Positions 15,685 through 25,323 of a stretch of DNA of 54,827 nucleotides are shown here, piece after piece. Source of the stretch: Candidatus Nealsonbacteria bacterium. Lineage in GTDB: Bacteria; Patescibacteriota; Minisyncoccia; Minisyncoccales; JAGGXC01. A model generated the notes under the pieces. It made no database searches. It had not been told where the DNA came from and worked only from the letters and a program-made list of their open reading frames with translations. A program made the translations under genes and the position numbers. Numbering within the stretch: the first letter of the stretch is position 1; each line of letters opens with the position of its first letter. The stretch spans positions 1 to 54,827 of the forward strand of contig JAPLXH010000001.1 of NCBI GenBank assembly GCA_026396195.1. The letters are read 5' to 3'.

Positions 15685-16623
15685 TTATTGATGCCCCAAA
15701 ATCAGACATAATCTATATTTTCGAGCTTCAGATAGAATATTCACAAAACTTTCGGTGGCAAAATTTTGAAATTCATCTACGTATAAATAAAAATCTTTTC
15801 TTTTTTCTTCGGGAGTATCAACTCTTTCCATGGCAGCCAATTGTATTTTTGTAATTAAAAGCGCCCCCAAAAGACGGGAGGCGTCCTCCCCTACTTTACC
15901 TTTAGATAAATTTAAAATTAAAATCTTTTGCTTATCCATCACTTCTCCCATATTAATCGTGGAAGTAACCTGGCCGATGATATTTCTGACTAAAGGGGCG
16001 GAAATAAATTGGCCGACTTTATTTTGAATGGCAGCAGTAGCTTCAATTTCATACCTTTGAGTATAACGGGCAAATTCATTGAGCCAGAATGATTTTAGTA
16101 CGGGGTCCGTAATTTTTTCTACCACCTTCTGTCTGAAATCAGGGTCAGCCAACATCCTGTTAACTCCCAATAAAGTGGAGCCGGGGTATTCCAATAAAGA
16201 TAAAATGCAGTTATTTAAAATATATTCCATTCTGGCCGACCAAACATCAGGCCAAATCTTTTTAAAAACTCCCATTAGGCCACCGGCCACTAAATGCCGG
16301 TGAGCAACATCCACTTTTTCCATAACATTAAAAGCAATAGGATAATCAAGATCCGAAGGATTAAAATAAATTACATCGTTCACTCTTTTTGAAGGAACAA
16401 AATCCAGAAGCCTTTCTGCGGCTTCTCCGTGAGGGTCAACAAAACAAACTCCTTTGCCGGACTGAATATCTTGAATCGCCATGTTCTCCAATAAAGCGGT
16501 TTTTCCCATTCCGGTTTTACCAATTACATACATATGGCGCCGCCGGTCATCAATTTTAATGCCGAATCTTTTTTTAAGATTACGGAAGGTTGTTTGAGCA
16601 AAAAGATTTATTTCTTCTTTCAT
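15685..16623 (-). CDS. VirD4/TraD-like (coupling-protein/DUF87-type) P-loop ATPase, N-terminal part
   Basis: Walker A GKTGMGKT and Walker B-like LYVDEFQNF. It ends ...LILGHQ-TAA, in frame with 15010-15675. Confidence 0.65.
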   Translation of the reverse strand: MKEEINLFAQTTFRNLKKRFGIKIDDRRRHMYVIGKTGMGKTALLENMAIQDIQSGKGVCFVDPHGEAAERLLDFVPSKRVNDVIYFNPSDLDYPIAFNVMEKVDVAHRHLVAGGLMGVFKKIWPDVWSARMEYILNNCILSLLEYPGSTLLGVNRMLADPDFRQKVVEKITDPVLKSFWLNEFARYTQRYEIEATAAIQNKVGQFISAPLVRNIIGQVTSTINMGEVMDKQKILILNLSKGKVGEDASRLLGALLITKIQLAAMERVDTPEEKRKDFYLYVDEFQNFATESFVNILSEARKYRLCLILGHQ

Positions 16624-16650
16624 GATTAATCTAATTTTAAAACAAATTGT

Positions 16651-17937
16651 TTAATCTTCAATTGGCAACTCGGCCGGAGCCTCTCCTTTTTTAGCTTCTA
16701 TTCTTGGGACAAAAGGAGCGGGCGCCACTCTCCAACCCGGGAAATGATATAGGGTGGCCAATTCCTCGGTATTCAAAACATAAGTTCCGCCTGATTTTGG
16801 AAAATAAGTAGAAAACCTTCTTGAATACCTTCTGAATAAAACTCTTTTTAGAACATATGTTCTTGATTTCTTTAAAAGCCAATGAACCTTATGCATTGTT
16901 TTTTTTAAAGGTTTTAATACTATTAAATATTCCGAAGAAACTGATTTAAAGTAACCGTAAGGAATTCTGGCTTTTGGCTTGAAAAAAACATCCTTTTTAG
17001 CCAAATATAAAAATCTGATAAACGTAACAAAACCGAATTTTGCAATTTTGTCTTCAATGGCTTTTACAATATCCCTTTCTCCGGGAGTTAATTTCATTTC
17101 GGGAGGTATTATTGTTTCCTCTTCCATTTTTTCACCTTCATCGCTAGGCGGCAATCCCGTTATATAAACACCTGCCACCTGGGATGGAATTGATTTCCAA
17201 ACTGTTTTTTGCGCTTTTCGATGAACTAATTCGTTTACTATCGCCTTGCCTTCTGTTTGCCAGGGCTCTTCTTTATTAAGAACGGGTTTGGCAACAATTT
17301 GAAGCCACATTTGTTCTCCAGGTCCCAGCGTTGACATGCCATCTAAAAGTCCGGCCAAAGGGTCCAATCTCTTCTCTTCAACGAGCTCCTTGGACTCTTC
17401 AAAATACCTATAGGTTATTAAGGGATAGCAAGATTTTTTCGTAAACTCCATATCAAAACCAAAAAGATCCCAATCTTTATTGGGAATATTTTGAGGAATT
17501 GATTTTGTGTAATCATCTACTGCTGAAATTTCAGCTTCCGGATATTGAGCGTAGATGTTGGACTCTATTACTGTTCTGAATTTTTCCGGAGCTCTTATGA
17601 AAAAATGAGTTTTTCCTTCAAGGCTGGCTATTTCAAAAGAAATGGAATGCATAAACTCTCCGTTCCACCATTTTTCTCTCCAGTCAAAAACATCATGAAG
17701 ACCGTGAAAACCGGAAAAAACTTGCTCCATTGCCTTTATCGGCTTTATTATTTCTTTGGGAATTTTTATCTCCAAAATAGTTTTTTTAACCGTAGCATCC
17801 CATTTTTCAGCTTTATACCAATGCCAATAAAAAACAAAGTGACGATATAAAAGAAACGGTAATATCAACCACCACCAATTTTTTAAAATTAACCAAATGG
17901 CATTACCCGCAGTTAAAATACTAAGGCTAAGATCCAT
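16651..17937 (-). CDS. membrane protein (two N-terminal TM helices plus a large soluble domain), partner of the downstream ATPase
   Basis: Hydrophobic N terminus (ILTAGNAIWLIL...WWWLILPFLLY). It is tightly linked, 27 nt upstream of the ATPase. No named family recognised. Confidence 0.6.
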   Translation of the reverse strand: MDLSLSILTAGNAIWLILKNWWWLILPFLLYRHFVFYWHWYKAEKWDATVKKTILEIKIPKEIIKPIKAMEQVFSGFHGLHDVFDWREKWWNGEFMHSISFEIASLEGKTHFFIRAPEKFRTVIESNIYAQYPEAEISAVDDYTKSIPQNIPNKDWDLFGFDMEFTKKSCYPLITYRYFEESKELVEEKRLDPLAGLLDGMSTLGPGEQMWLQIVAKPVLNKEEPWQTEGKAIVNELVHRKAQKTVWKSIPSQVAGVYITGLPPSDEGEKMEEETIIPPEMKLTPGERDIVKAIEDKIAKFGFVTFIRFLYLAKKDVFFKPKARIPYGYFKSVSSEYLIVLKPLKKTMHKVHWLLKKSRTYVLKRVLFRRYSRRFSTYFPKSGGTYVLNTEELATLYHFPGWRVAPAPFVPRIEAKKGEAPAELPIED

Positions 17938-17943
17938 TTTAGT

Positions 17944-18978
17944 TTAAACTTTTAAAGTATATTTTCCCTGATCGTTTCTAGAAAAATATTTTTTATTTTG
18001 TAAATTTAATAAAATAGTATTTTCCTTAACCAATCTTTGGTTAAGAACTTTTTTTATAATTTCTTGTTTAGATAAAGGATCTTTATTTTCCTTTAAAACC
18101 CCCTGAATTATATCTTTTACTTGACCGGGCAAATAACCCCATTCCTTTAAGGCGTATATTCCCCTGCCCACTAAAACGAATCTTTGGTCTCTAATTAACT
18201 CGTTGTGAACGGTTTGAGGAAGGGCTTTGTTTTTCGAAACCAAATCCAATTGATTTATAGAATTGGTTACTTCATTGAAATGCAAGGGACGATTGGCTTT
18301 CTTTAAGGCTAAAAAAGCCTTGTCTTTCACTCCTCTCGGGCTTACTTCCGGCCATTCTTTCAAGCCAAAAAGACCTTCAGAGTCCTGGTCTATTTTTTTG
18401 GAAATTTCTAAATAAGATAATACCGCCTCCGAAGTTAACTTTACTTTAGGACCGAAATCTTTTTTAAAAATATTAAAAATTTCATCCTGGGCAATCAATC
18501 TTTCTTCTTTATTGAATCGTTCAATAAAATTATGAGTCACTTTTTGGGCAAAATCAAAAGAATCCAAATTGATCGTCCACAAAGAATGAAAATCGTTGTT
18601 TTCAGAGAACCTAAAAAAAGGATCTCCCAAGGTCAGCCAAAACAAAGTTTGGTTTTGAAATTCGGCGGGAGTCATTTTAGAAAGCAACAAATCTTCTCTT
18701 TTTAGATTACCGGTCCTTTTAAGATTGCTGATAAAATATTGAAAAACTTCCCGATAAAGAGGCTTTTTTAATTCTTTTTTTACTAAATTAATTCCCGAAT
18801 CTTCAATCTGCCTTACTCTCTCCCGACAAACACCGTAGCTTTTGCCGATAGAATCCAAGGTCTCTCTTTCTTCTCCGCCCAAACCAAATCTGCGCCCGAT
18901 CACATTTCGGGTTCTTTCCGGCAATTCATTTAATAAGTTTTGATAAATTTTTTGGGAATAAAAAGAAATATCAGTCAT
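17944..18978 (-). CDS. DNA-binding protein with a sigma-70 region-4-like HTH and a C-terminal HARE-HTH-like domain
   Basis: LDSIGKSYGVCRERVRQIEDSGI is a sigma r4-type HTH. The C-terminal FLALKKANRPLHFNEVTNSI...LVGRGIYALKEW resembles HARE-HTH/RpoE-N. Confidence 0.55.
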   Translation of the reverse strand: MTDISFYSQKIYQNLLNELPERTRNVIGRRFGLGGEERETLDSIGKSYGVCRERVRQIEDSGINLVKKELKKPLYREVFQYFISNLKRTGNLKREDLLLSKMTPAEFQNQTLFWLTLGDPFFRFSENNDFHSLWTINLDSFDFAQKVTHNFIERFNKEERLIAQDEIFNIFKKDFGPKVKLTSEAVLSYLEISKKIDQDSEGLFGLKEWPEVSPRGVKDKAFLALKKANRPLHFNEVTNSINQLDLVSKNKALPQTVHNELIRDQRFVLVGRGIYALKEWGYLPGQVKDIIQGVLKENKDPLSKQEIIKKVLNQRLVKENTILLNLQNKKYFSRNDQGKYTLKV

Positions 18979-19035
18979 GTTTTTAAATTTTTAATATTAA
19001 ATATTCCTTTATATAATCACATTTCAAAAATAATG

Positions 19036-19938
19036 TCAAGACCTTTTCCTCTTATTCCACCATACTAGAATAGGCGGAGCGATAAAAATAGAGGAATAGG
19101 TTCCGAAAGCCACTCCTAAAATCAAAGCTAAGCTGAAATATTTTAAAGTTTCCCCTCCAAAAAAGAAAATCATCAATAAGCAAAATTCTACAGTTAAAGA
19201 GGTGTTAATTGAACGAAAAAGAGTTTGATTTAAGCTTTCGTTAACCGCTTGTTCAAAAGAAAAGTTCTTTTTAAAAACGTTTTCCCTGATTCGGTCAAAA
19301 ATAACCACCGTATCGTTAATTGAATAACCGAAAACAGTAATCAGGGCGACAATAATGGGCAAGGAAATTTCAATGAGATAAAATCTTCCAAAAAGAGCAA
19401 AAAGGCCTATAACAATGAAAACATCGTGACAAAGAGCAATGGTAGCGGCGATTGCATATTGCCAAGATTTAACGGGACCGGCCGAGACCTTTCTGAAAGC
19501 AACGGTGATATAAAAAAGTATCGCAATTATAGAAAAAATGGTCGCTTTTTTGGTTTTTTCTTTAACTTCATTGCCAACTACCGGTCCTATGGCCTCAAAC
19601 CTGATTTCTTTTAATTCCTGTTTTTCTCCCAATCTTTGTAATATTTGCGCATGAACCTCCGGCGACAATTCTTTCATTCTTAAAATAACGCCTTTTTCTT
19701 CGGTCGGCTGAACGGTTATCTCGCCTAAATTTAAATCGGATAATTTATTTTGGATTTCTTGATTGGAAGGTCTTTGGTTTTGGTATTCAATTTCCAAAAT
19801 ACTGCCGCCTGTAAAATCAATGCTGAATTTCAAGCCAAAAATCAACAGAGAAAAAGCTGCCAGCAAAACAAAAATTCCGGAGAAAATAAGGTAAAGTTTA
19901 TTGTGTTTAACAAAATTTATCGCCATAGTTTTTCCCAT
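19036..19938 (-). CDS. secF: protein translocase subunit SecF
   Basis: SIDFTGGS motif and six TM helices. It follows and overlaps secD. Confidence 0.9.
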   Translation of the reverse strand: MGKTMAINFVKHNKLYLIFSGIFVLLAAFSLLIFGLKFSIDFTGGSILEIEYQNQRPSNQEIQNKLSDLNLGEITVQPTEEKGVILRMKELSPEVHAQILQRLGEKQELKEIRFEAIGPVVGNEVKEKTKKATIFSIIAILFYITVAFRKVSAGPVKSWQYAIAATIALCHDVFIVIGLFALFGRFYLIEISLPIIVALITVFGYSINDTVVIFDRIRENVFKKNFSFEQAVNESLNQTLFRSINTSLTVEFCLLMIFFFGGETLKYFSLALILGVAFGTYSSIFIAPPILVWWNKRKRS

Positions 19939-21272
19939 TTTTCAAATTTAGTGCCGACAAAAACCTTTATTAAATTTTTAGTAATAACAATTGCCGTAAA
20001 AAAACTGATGGAAACACCGATAAACAAAGCGAACGCGTAACCCTTTACAAAGCCTGTTCCTAACCCAAAAAGAATTAAGGCGACTACTATCGTGGTCAGG
20101 TTACTGTCCCTGATCGAAGAAAAAGCCCTGTTAAATCCGTTTTCAACCACGGTTTCAAAGCTTTTTTGCTCTTTTCTTTCTTCTCTCATCCGGGCAAAAA
20201 TCAAAATATTAGCGTCAATCGCCATGCCGATTGATAAAATAAAACCGGCTATTCCGGCCAAGGTAAGGGTTATGGGTACCGCTTTAAAAACGGCTAAAAC
20301 TAAAATTACATAAATTAATAATGAGATTGAAGATAAAAAACCCGGCAATCGATAAATCAAAATCATGAACGCAATAATTATTAAAAAGGAAAGAATTCCG
20401 GCTTTCAAACTTTTTTCTAAAGAAACGCTTCCCAAGGTGGGGCCCACTACTTGCTGGGAAATAAGTTTTATATGCACAGGTAAAGCGCCGGCGCTCAAAT
20501 TCTGGGCCAAATCTTTTGCTTCCTGAACCGTAAACTTTCCCGTGATTTGGGCTCGGCCGCCCGAAATTTTTTCATTTACCTTAGGGGCCGATAACAAAAT
20601 GCCGTCAATAAAAATAGCCAAGGGCTTGCCAACATTTTTTTCGGTAAGATCAGTAAAAACCTTTGCTCCTTCTTCATCAAATTGTAAAGCAACGCCAGCC
20701 TCGCCCGTTACCTGGCTGAATTCAACCCTTGCTCCTTTCAAATATTTACCAGTTAAAAGAGTTGATTGAAAAGGATCTTCCATTGTCCCGGTTGCCGTAC
20801 CTCCTTGGATTTTCTGATTATTTTCTACAATTTTTTCATAATCTGACTTCACCTCTTTAAACTCCAGAAACGGAGTTTCTCCAACCATTTTAATGGCTTC
20901 GTTCACGTCTTTTATTCCGGCCAGCTCTATGATTAAGCGATAATAATTTCCGGCTTTTTCCGTCTGAACCAAGGGCTCAACCACGCCAAACAAATTCACT
21001 CTTCTTTCAATAACATCTCTCAGTCCTTCCATTACCGAGTCAAAATCCCTTTGCTCAATGCCGGACAGGTCCGCTTCGTAAACCAAGTGGATTCCCCCTT
21101 GAAGGTCCAATCCGAGCTTGAAGGGTTTGTCGGGAAAATGAGGAAAGCTAAAAGAAAATTTATGATTAAAAAAATCTACGCCCTGATTAAAATATTTCGG
21201 ATAATCAAAAATTCCGGCCAGCAAGGCCCCGGCTAAAATCAAAATTAAAATTAAGTTAGTTTTTCTTTTCAT
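19917..21272 (-). CDS. secD: protein translocase subunit SecD
   Basis: LGLDLQGG motif, a periplasmic domain and a C-terminal six-TM bundle. Confidence 0.9.
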   Translation of the reverse strand: MKRKTNLILILILAGALLAGIFDYPKYFNQGVDFFNHKFSFSFPHFPDKPFKLGLDLQGGIHLVYEADLSGIEQRDFDSVMEGLRDVIERRVNLFGVVEPLVQTEKAGNYYRLIIELAGIKDVNEAIKMVGETPFLEFKEVKSDYEKIVENNQKIQGGTATGTMEDPFQSTLLTGKYLKGARVEFSQVTGEAGVALQFDEEGAKVFTDLTEKNVGKPLAIFIDGILLSAPKVNEKISGGRAQITGKFTVQEAKDLAQNLSAGALPVHIKLISQQVVGPTLGSVSLEKSLKAGILSFLIIIAFMILIYRLPGFLSSISLLIYVILVLAVFKAVPITLTLAGIAGFILSIGMAIDANILIFARMREERKEQKSFETVVENGFNRAFSSIRDSNLTTIVVALILFGLGTGFVKGYAFALFIGVSISFFTAIVITKNLIKVFVGTKFEKWEKLWR

Positions 21273-21273
21273 G

Positions 21274-21924
21274 TTAAAAACCGGTTAAAAAAGCTGAAGC
21301 AATCCCCACTAAAAATATTCCGTCAAAAACGCCCGCTCCCCCTATTGATAAAGTTCCGGAATAAAATTTTCTTATTTTTCTGATTTTAAGAATATCAGCC
21401 CCTACTAAAACGCCTATTACTCCGGAAATAAAAGCTACGGGAGCTGAAAAACCGGGTACTAAAATCAAAGAAATAATAGCGGAAAAAATAGGAGGGACAA
21501 AGGCCGGCAGGGCTATTCCTTGCCCGGGAATTATCTTTGACAATGAATAAGCAACAACAACCATCAGGGCCGTAGCGAGTAAGGTCGGTTTTAAGGGAAC
21601 TTTAGTTAAAAAGAAGATTGAAATTAAAATGGGAATGATTGCTCCTCCCAAATTTATTGCTATTCCCTGAGAAACGATTTCTTGTTTTTTAAAAAGATTG
21701 AAAAAATAAGGTTTTTCTATATAAACTCTCTTTGGTCTGGTTAAAGGAATATTAACCAAAGATCCTGCAAAAATCAACAATAACATTAAAAAAGTGGCTT
21801 CCTCTGCAAAACCTAAATTCCCAAATCCAAAACTAATAATACGAAAAAAAACTAAAATAAACAAGAGGGGCAGCGATAAAGCTAACAAAATAATGATTAA
21901 ACAACCGAAGGGAATTAAATACAT
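21274..21924 (-). CDS. polytopic membrane protein (possibly DUF1614-like)
   Basis: Entirely hydrophobic, with a GSLVNIPL motif. The family assignment is tentative. Confidence 0.45.
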   Translation of the reverse strand: MYLIPFGCLIIILLALSLPLLFILVFFRIISFGFGNLGFAEEATFLMLLLIFAGSLVNIPLTRPKRVYIEKPYFFNLFKKQEIVSQGIAINLGGAIIPILISIFFLTKVPLKPTLLATALMVVVAYSLSKIIPGQGIALPAFVPPIFSAIISLILVPGFSAPVAFISGVIGVLVGADILKIRKIRKFYSGTLSIGGAGVFDGIFLVGIASAFLTGF

Positions 21925-21928
21925 GTTT

Positions 21929-22327
21929 TTATTTTTTTCCTTTGATAAAAAACGCTTTAAGTTCTGTTATAATATCTTTTATTCTGTCATATTCAATTAT
22001 CTTATCAGCGATTCCCTTAGTTGTGTCCTTAATTCGCGTTCCTCGTTTCATAATTACTATAATTTTCTTACCAAGAGCATATGCTATTCCTGCCTCAATT
22101 GCCCGTCCTGTTGGCTTATCGGTCATATCAATTAGCAAGGCATCCGATTTTTGAATTTCCTCTTTTGATCTTTGCATGAGATCCTTGGGATTATCAAAAA
22201 CTTTTTGATAATTTTCTACGTCTCGAATAAAACTAAAGTCTTCGAACCCAGCGGATTTAACAATGGAACATAATTGTTCTATCGTTTCTCTACTATCTCC
22301 AAATGACGATGTAATGTAAGCTCTCAT
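21929..22327 (-). CDS. nucleoside 2-deoxyribosyltransferase-like protein
   Basis: Rossmann-like fold of about 130 aa, with SDALLIDMTDKPTGRAIEAGIAYALGKKIIV typical of this family. Confidence 0.55.
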   Translation of the reverse strand: MRAYITSSFGDSRETIEQLCSIVKSAGFEDFSFIRDVENYQKVFDNPKDLMQRSKEEIQKSDALLIDMTDKPTGRAIEAGIAYALGKKIIVIMKRGTRIKDTTKGIADKIIEYDRIKDIITELKAFFIKGKK

Positions 22328-22360
22328 ACCTTTTTATATACCGTGACATTTCTTATCTCA

Positions 22361-22417
22361 GTAGCAGAAGCTTCGCTTCGCTACGGGATTACGCGTTGTC
22401 ATACGCCATGACAACGC
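22361..22417. other. two GC-rich hairpins at the secA stop codon
   Basis: GCGTTGTCAT-acgcc-ATGACAACGC (22393-22417) encloses the TGA at 22399-22401. GTAGC-A-GAAGC-ttc-GCTTC-GCTAC lies at 22361-22384. Confidence 0.5.
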
Positions 22418-24909
22418 TTATATTTTTTCCCACTTCCACACGGACAAGGATCGTTTCGGCCGGGAGTTTCTTTAGTTTTGGGAAAATAAGCAGCTGAAGA
22501 AGCGTTATCCCTTAAGGTATTTTGATTTGGTTCTTTCCTTATCTCGGCTTTTAAAATAGATTGAATAATTGCTGATTCAATAATTTTTAAAAGATTTTTA
22601 AAACGCTGATGGCCTTCGGTTTTATATTCAACTAAAGGGTCCTGCTGGCCGTAAGCTCTTAATCCTACGGCATCCTTTAGGTCCTCCATGGAATCTATAT
22701 GGTCCATCCAAAAAGAGTCCAAAGTTCTCAAAGAGGCTATTTTTTCAATTTTTCTCATATTCTCTTCCCCTATTTCCTTTTCTTTAACCTCGTAATCTTT
22801 TTCTGAAAAACCCTGGTCTCGCACTATTTTTAAAATTTTTTCTTTCAGTTCTTGGGGCGAAGCCGTTAAAAATTCTTTTCTTTTCCTGTAAATCGTTTCC
22901 CGGTGTTTGTTCATTACGTCATCATATTCCAAAACGTGCTTTCGAATGTCAAAATTCATGCCTTCAATTTTTGATTGGGCAGACTCAATGGCGTTGGAAA
23001 TTAACTTGGCTTCTATGGGCTGGTCTTCGGGAATGTTTAACCTTTCCATTAAAGATTTTAACCGGTCTCCGCCGAAAATTCTCATTAAGTCGTCATCCAA
23101 AGAAACAAAAAATTGGGAAGAACCCGGATCTCCCTGCCGGCCGGCTCTTCCTCTCAATTGATTGTCAATTCTCCGAGCTTCATGCCTTTCGGTTCCTATT
23201 ATATGCAACCCTCCTGCTTCTTTTGTTTTCTTGGCTTCATCCAGATTTGGCGGATTACCACCTAAAATAATATCCACTCCTCTGCCGGCCATGTTTGTGG
23301 CTACGGTTACAGCCCCTAATCTTCCGGCCTGAGCAATAATTTCACCTTCTTTTTCGTGGTGCTTAGCGTTTAAAATTTGATGGGGAATTCCTTCTCTTTC
23401 CAAAATCTGTCCCAAATATTCGTTTTTTTCAACCGACCTTGTCCCGATCAAAATCGGCTGCCCAATTGAATGTCTTTTTTTAATTTCTTCCACCACGGCT
23501 TTGAATTTTCCTTTTTCGGTTCGATAAATCCTGTCAGGCAAATTTTTTCTGGCAAGGGGTAAATTAGTGGGAATATTCTCAGCCTCCAGATGATAAACCT
23601 TGTCAAATTCTTCAGCCGAAGTTAAGGCGGTACCAGTCATTCCAGCTAATTTTTTATACATTCGAAAATAGTTTTGAAAAGTAACAGAAGCTAAAGTTTT
23701 TGATACGGGCTGTACTTCATTTCCTTTACCCTGAATATATTCTTTAGCTTCAGCTGCTTGATGCAACCCATGAGACCATCTTCTCCCTGGCATTAACCTG
23801 CCAGTAAATTCATCAACGATAATTATTTCTCCATTTTTTACCACATATTCCCTGTCTAAAATAAAAAATTCTTTTTTTCTTATGGCATTATCTATTTTTT
23901 TTAATAAATTTTGTGAATCTAAAAAATCTTTTTCTGACCAAGGACCATTTTCTGACCAAGGGTCTTTTCCTAAAATTTTAATAAAATTTTCTTGGCCTTC
24001 TTTTGTCCATTCAAATGTTTTTTGTTTTTCATCGATTGAATAATCTACTTCTTTTTTTAACTGTTCAGCAATTCTAGCAATCTGATAATATCTTTGCTGT
24101 TCTTCTTTCCATTCTTTTTCCGACATTAAAGCCGTTTCGGGCATAGATATTATTAAAGGAGTACGGGCTTCATCGATTAAAATGGAGTCAACCTCGTCAA
24201 CAATGGCAAAATTATATCCTCGCTGAGATTGATCTTTTAAATCATAAACCAAGTTATCTCTTAAATAATCGAAGCCGAATTCATTATTAGTACCATAAGT
24301 AATGTCTGCAAGATAAGCTTCTCTCCGAGAAATCGGCCTCAAAAAATTTTGAACTATTTTAAAGGAGCCGAGTTCGTCTCTGGCCTTATCTTGCTCTTCG
24401 TCCGGTTTTTTATAACTTGGGTCATATAAAAACGACTGCTCATGATTCAAGCAAGAAGTCGACAAACCCAAAGAATCGTAAATTTGACCCATCCAAACCG
24501 CGTCTCTCCGAGATAAATAGTCGTTGACCGTTACCACGTGGACGCCCTTTTCAGTCAAAGCATTGAGATAAACGGCCAAAGTAGCTACTAAGGTTTTCCC
24601 TTCTCCGGTTTTCATCTCAACGATTTTTCCCTGATGCAGGGCGATTCCGCCCATTAACTGGCAATCAAAATGTCGCTGTTTTAGGGTTCTTTTGGATGCT
24701 TCCCTGGCCAAAGCAAAAGCTTCGGGCAATAAATCATCCAAATTTTCTCCCTTTCCAATTCTTTCTTTAAAATCTTTTGTTTTTACTCTAATTTCATCTA
24801 AAGAAAATTTTTCGGTTTCTTTTTCAAAACCGTTAATTTTTTCTATCAAGGGTTTTATGCTTTTTATATATCTTTCATTAGAGTTCGCAAAAATCTTATC
24901 AAAAATCAT
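22399..24909 (-). CDS. secA: preprotein translocase ATPase SecA
   Basis: MKTGEGKTLVATL (Walker A), DEVDSILIDEARTPLIIS, and the C-terminal SEC-C zinc motif CPCGSGKKYKRCHG. Confidence 0.95.
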   Translation of the reverse strand: MIFDKIFANSNERYIKSIKPLIEKINGFEKETEKFSLDEIRVKTKDFKERIGKGENLDDLLPEAFALAREASKRTLKQRHFDCQLMGGIALHQGKIVEMKTGEGKTLVATLAVYLNALTEKGVHVVTVNDYLSRRDAVWMGQIYDSLGLSTSCLNHEQSFLYDPSYKKPDEEQDKARDELGSFKIVQNFLRPISRREAYLADITYGTNNEFGFDYLRDNLVYDLKDQSQRGYNFAIVDEVDSILIDEARTPLIISMPETALMSEKEWKEEQQRYYQIARIAEQLKKEVDYSIDEKQKTFEWTKEGQENFIKILGKDPWSENGPWSEKDFLDSQNLLKKIDNAIRKKEFFILDREYVVKNGEIIIVDEFTGRLMPGRRWSHGLHQAAEAKEYIQGKGNEVQPVSKTLASVTFQNYFRMYKKLAGMTGTALTSAEEFDKVYHLEAENIPTNLPLARKNLPDRIYRTEKGKFKAVVEEIKKRHSIGQPILIGTRSVEKNEYLGQILEREGIPHQILNAKHHEKEGEIIAQAGRLGAVTVATNMAGRGVDIILGGNPPNLDEAKKTKEAGGLHIIGTERHEARRIDNQLRGRAGRQGDPGSSQFFVSLDDDLMRIFGGDRLKSLMERLNIPEDQPIEAKLISNAIESAQSKIEGMNFDIRKHVLEYDDVMNKHRETIYRKRKEFLTASPQELKEKILKIVRDQGFSEKDYEVKEKEIGEENMRKIEKIASLRTLDSFWMDHIDSMEDLKDAVGLRAYGQQDPLVEYKTEGHQRFKNLLKIIESAIIQSILKAEIRKEPNQNTLRDNASSAAYFPKTKETPGRNDPCPCGSGKKYKRCHGV

Positions 24910-24936
24910 AAAATTGATTGTTTAAAATTGTTTTTT

Positions 24937-24965
24937 ATTTTACAACATTTTTTTCAAATATTCAA
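24937..24965 (-). promoter_or_regulatory. putative secA promoter TTGAAT-N17-TAAAAT
   Basis: Complement of 24960-24965 and 24937-42, about 25 nt upstream of the ATG. Confidence 0.3.
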
Positions 24966-25063
24966 GGAATAAATAATGTAAAAATAAATAATCTTATCCA
25001 CAGATAATTTGAACAATACTATTAAAAGTACTATTATTAAATAAAGAAATAAATAAAAAATTT

Positions 25064-25270
25064 ATGGCAAACCAAAGGAAAAATCCGTTATCAATTATAA
25101 AAAACATTATATACGTTATTCTCTTTTTAGCCATTATATTAGTTACTTTTTTAATTATTTTTAATATTGAATTTGAGGAAGCGATCAGGTTTGCTCTTTT
25201 CTTTATCTTAGTGTTTTTATCAGTCGACCTTTTTAAAAAATTAAGAGAAGAAAATATAGTTAAAAAATAA
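25064..25270 (+). CDS. possible small two-TM membrane protein (68 aa)
   Basis: Plus-strand ORF ending about 25 nt before the bidirectional terminator at 25294-25323. The competing minus-strand ORF would read through that terminator. Confidence 0.3.
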   Translation: MANQRKNPLSIIKNIIYVILFLAIILVTFLIIFNIEFEEAIRFALFFILVFLSVDLFKKLREENIVKK

Positions 25271-25293
25271 AAAAATATTTTAAAAATATCAAA

Positions 25294-25323
25294 CAAAAAA
25301 TCGCCTAATTGGCGATTTTTTTC
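25294..25323. terminator. bidirectional rho-independent terminator (hpf on minus, small ORF on plus)
   Basis: aaaaaAATCGCC-taat-tGGCGATTttttt. Confidence 0.6.

Noticed and set aside
16691-16882. 63-aa ORF in an alternative minus-strand frame
   Set aside because: It is nested inside the well-supported 428-aa membrane-protein gene and has no independent signals.
15010-17937. Integrated conjugative element or T4SS island around the VirD4-like ATPase
   Set aside because: No relaxase, VirB4, pilin, integrase or att repeats are nearby. The genes sit between secF and pgk with housekeeping spacing and composition.
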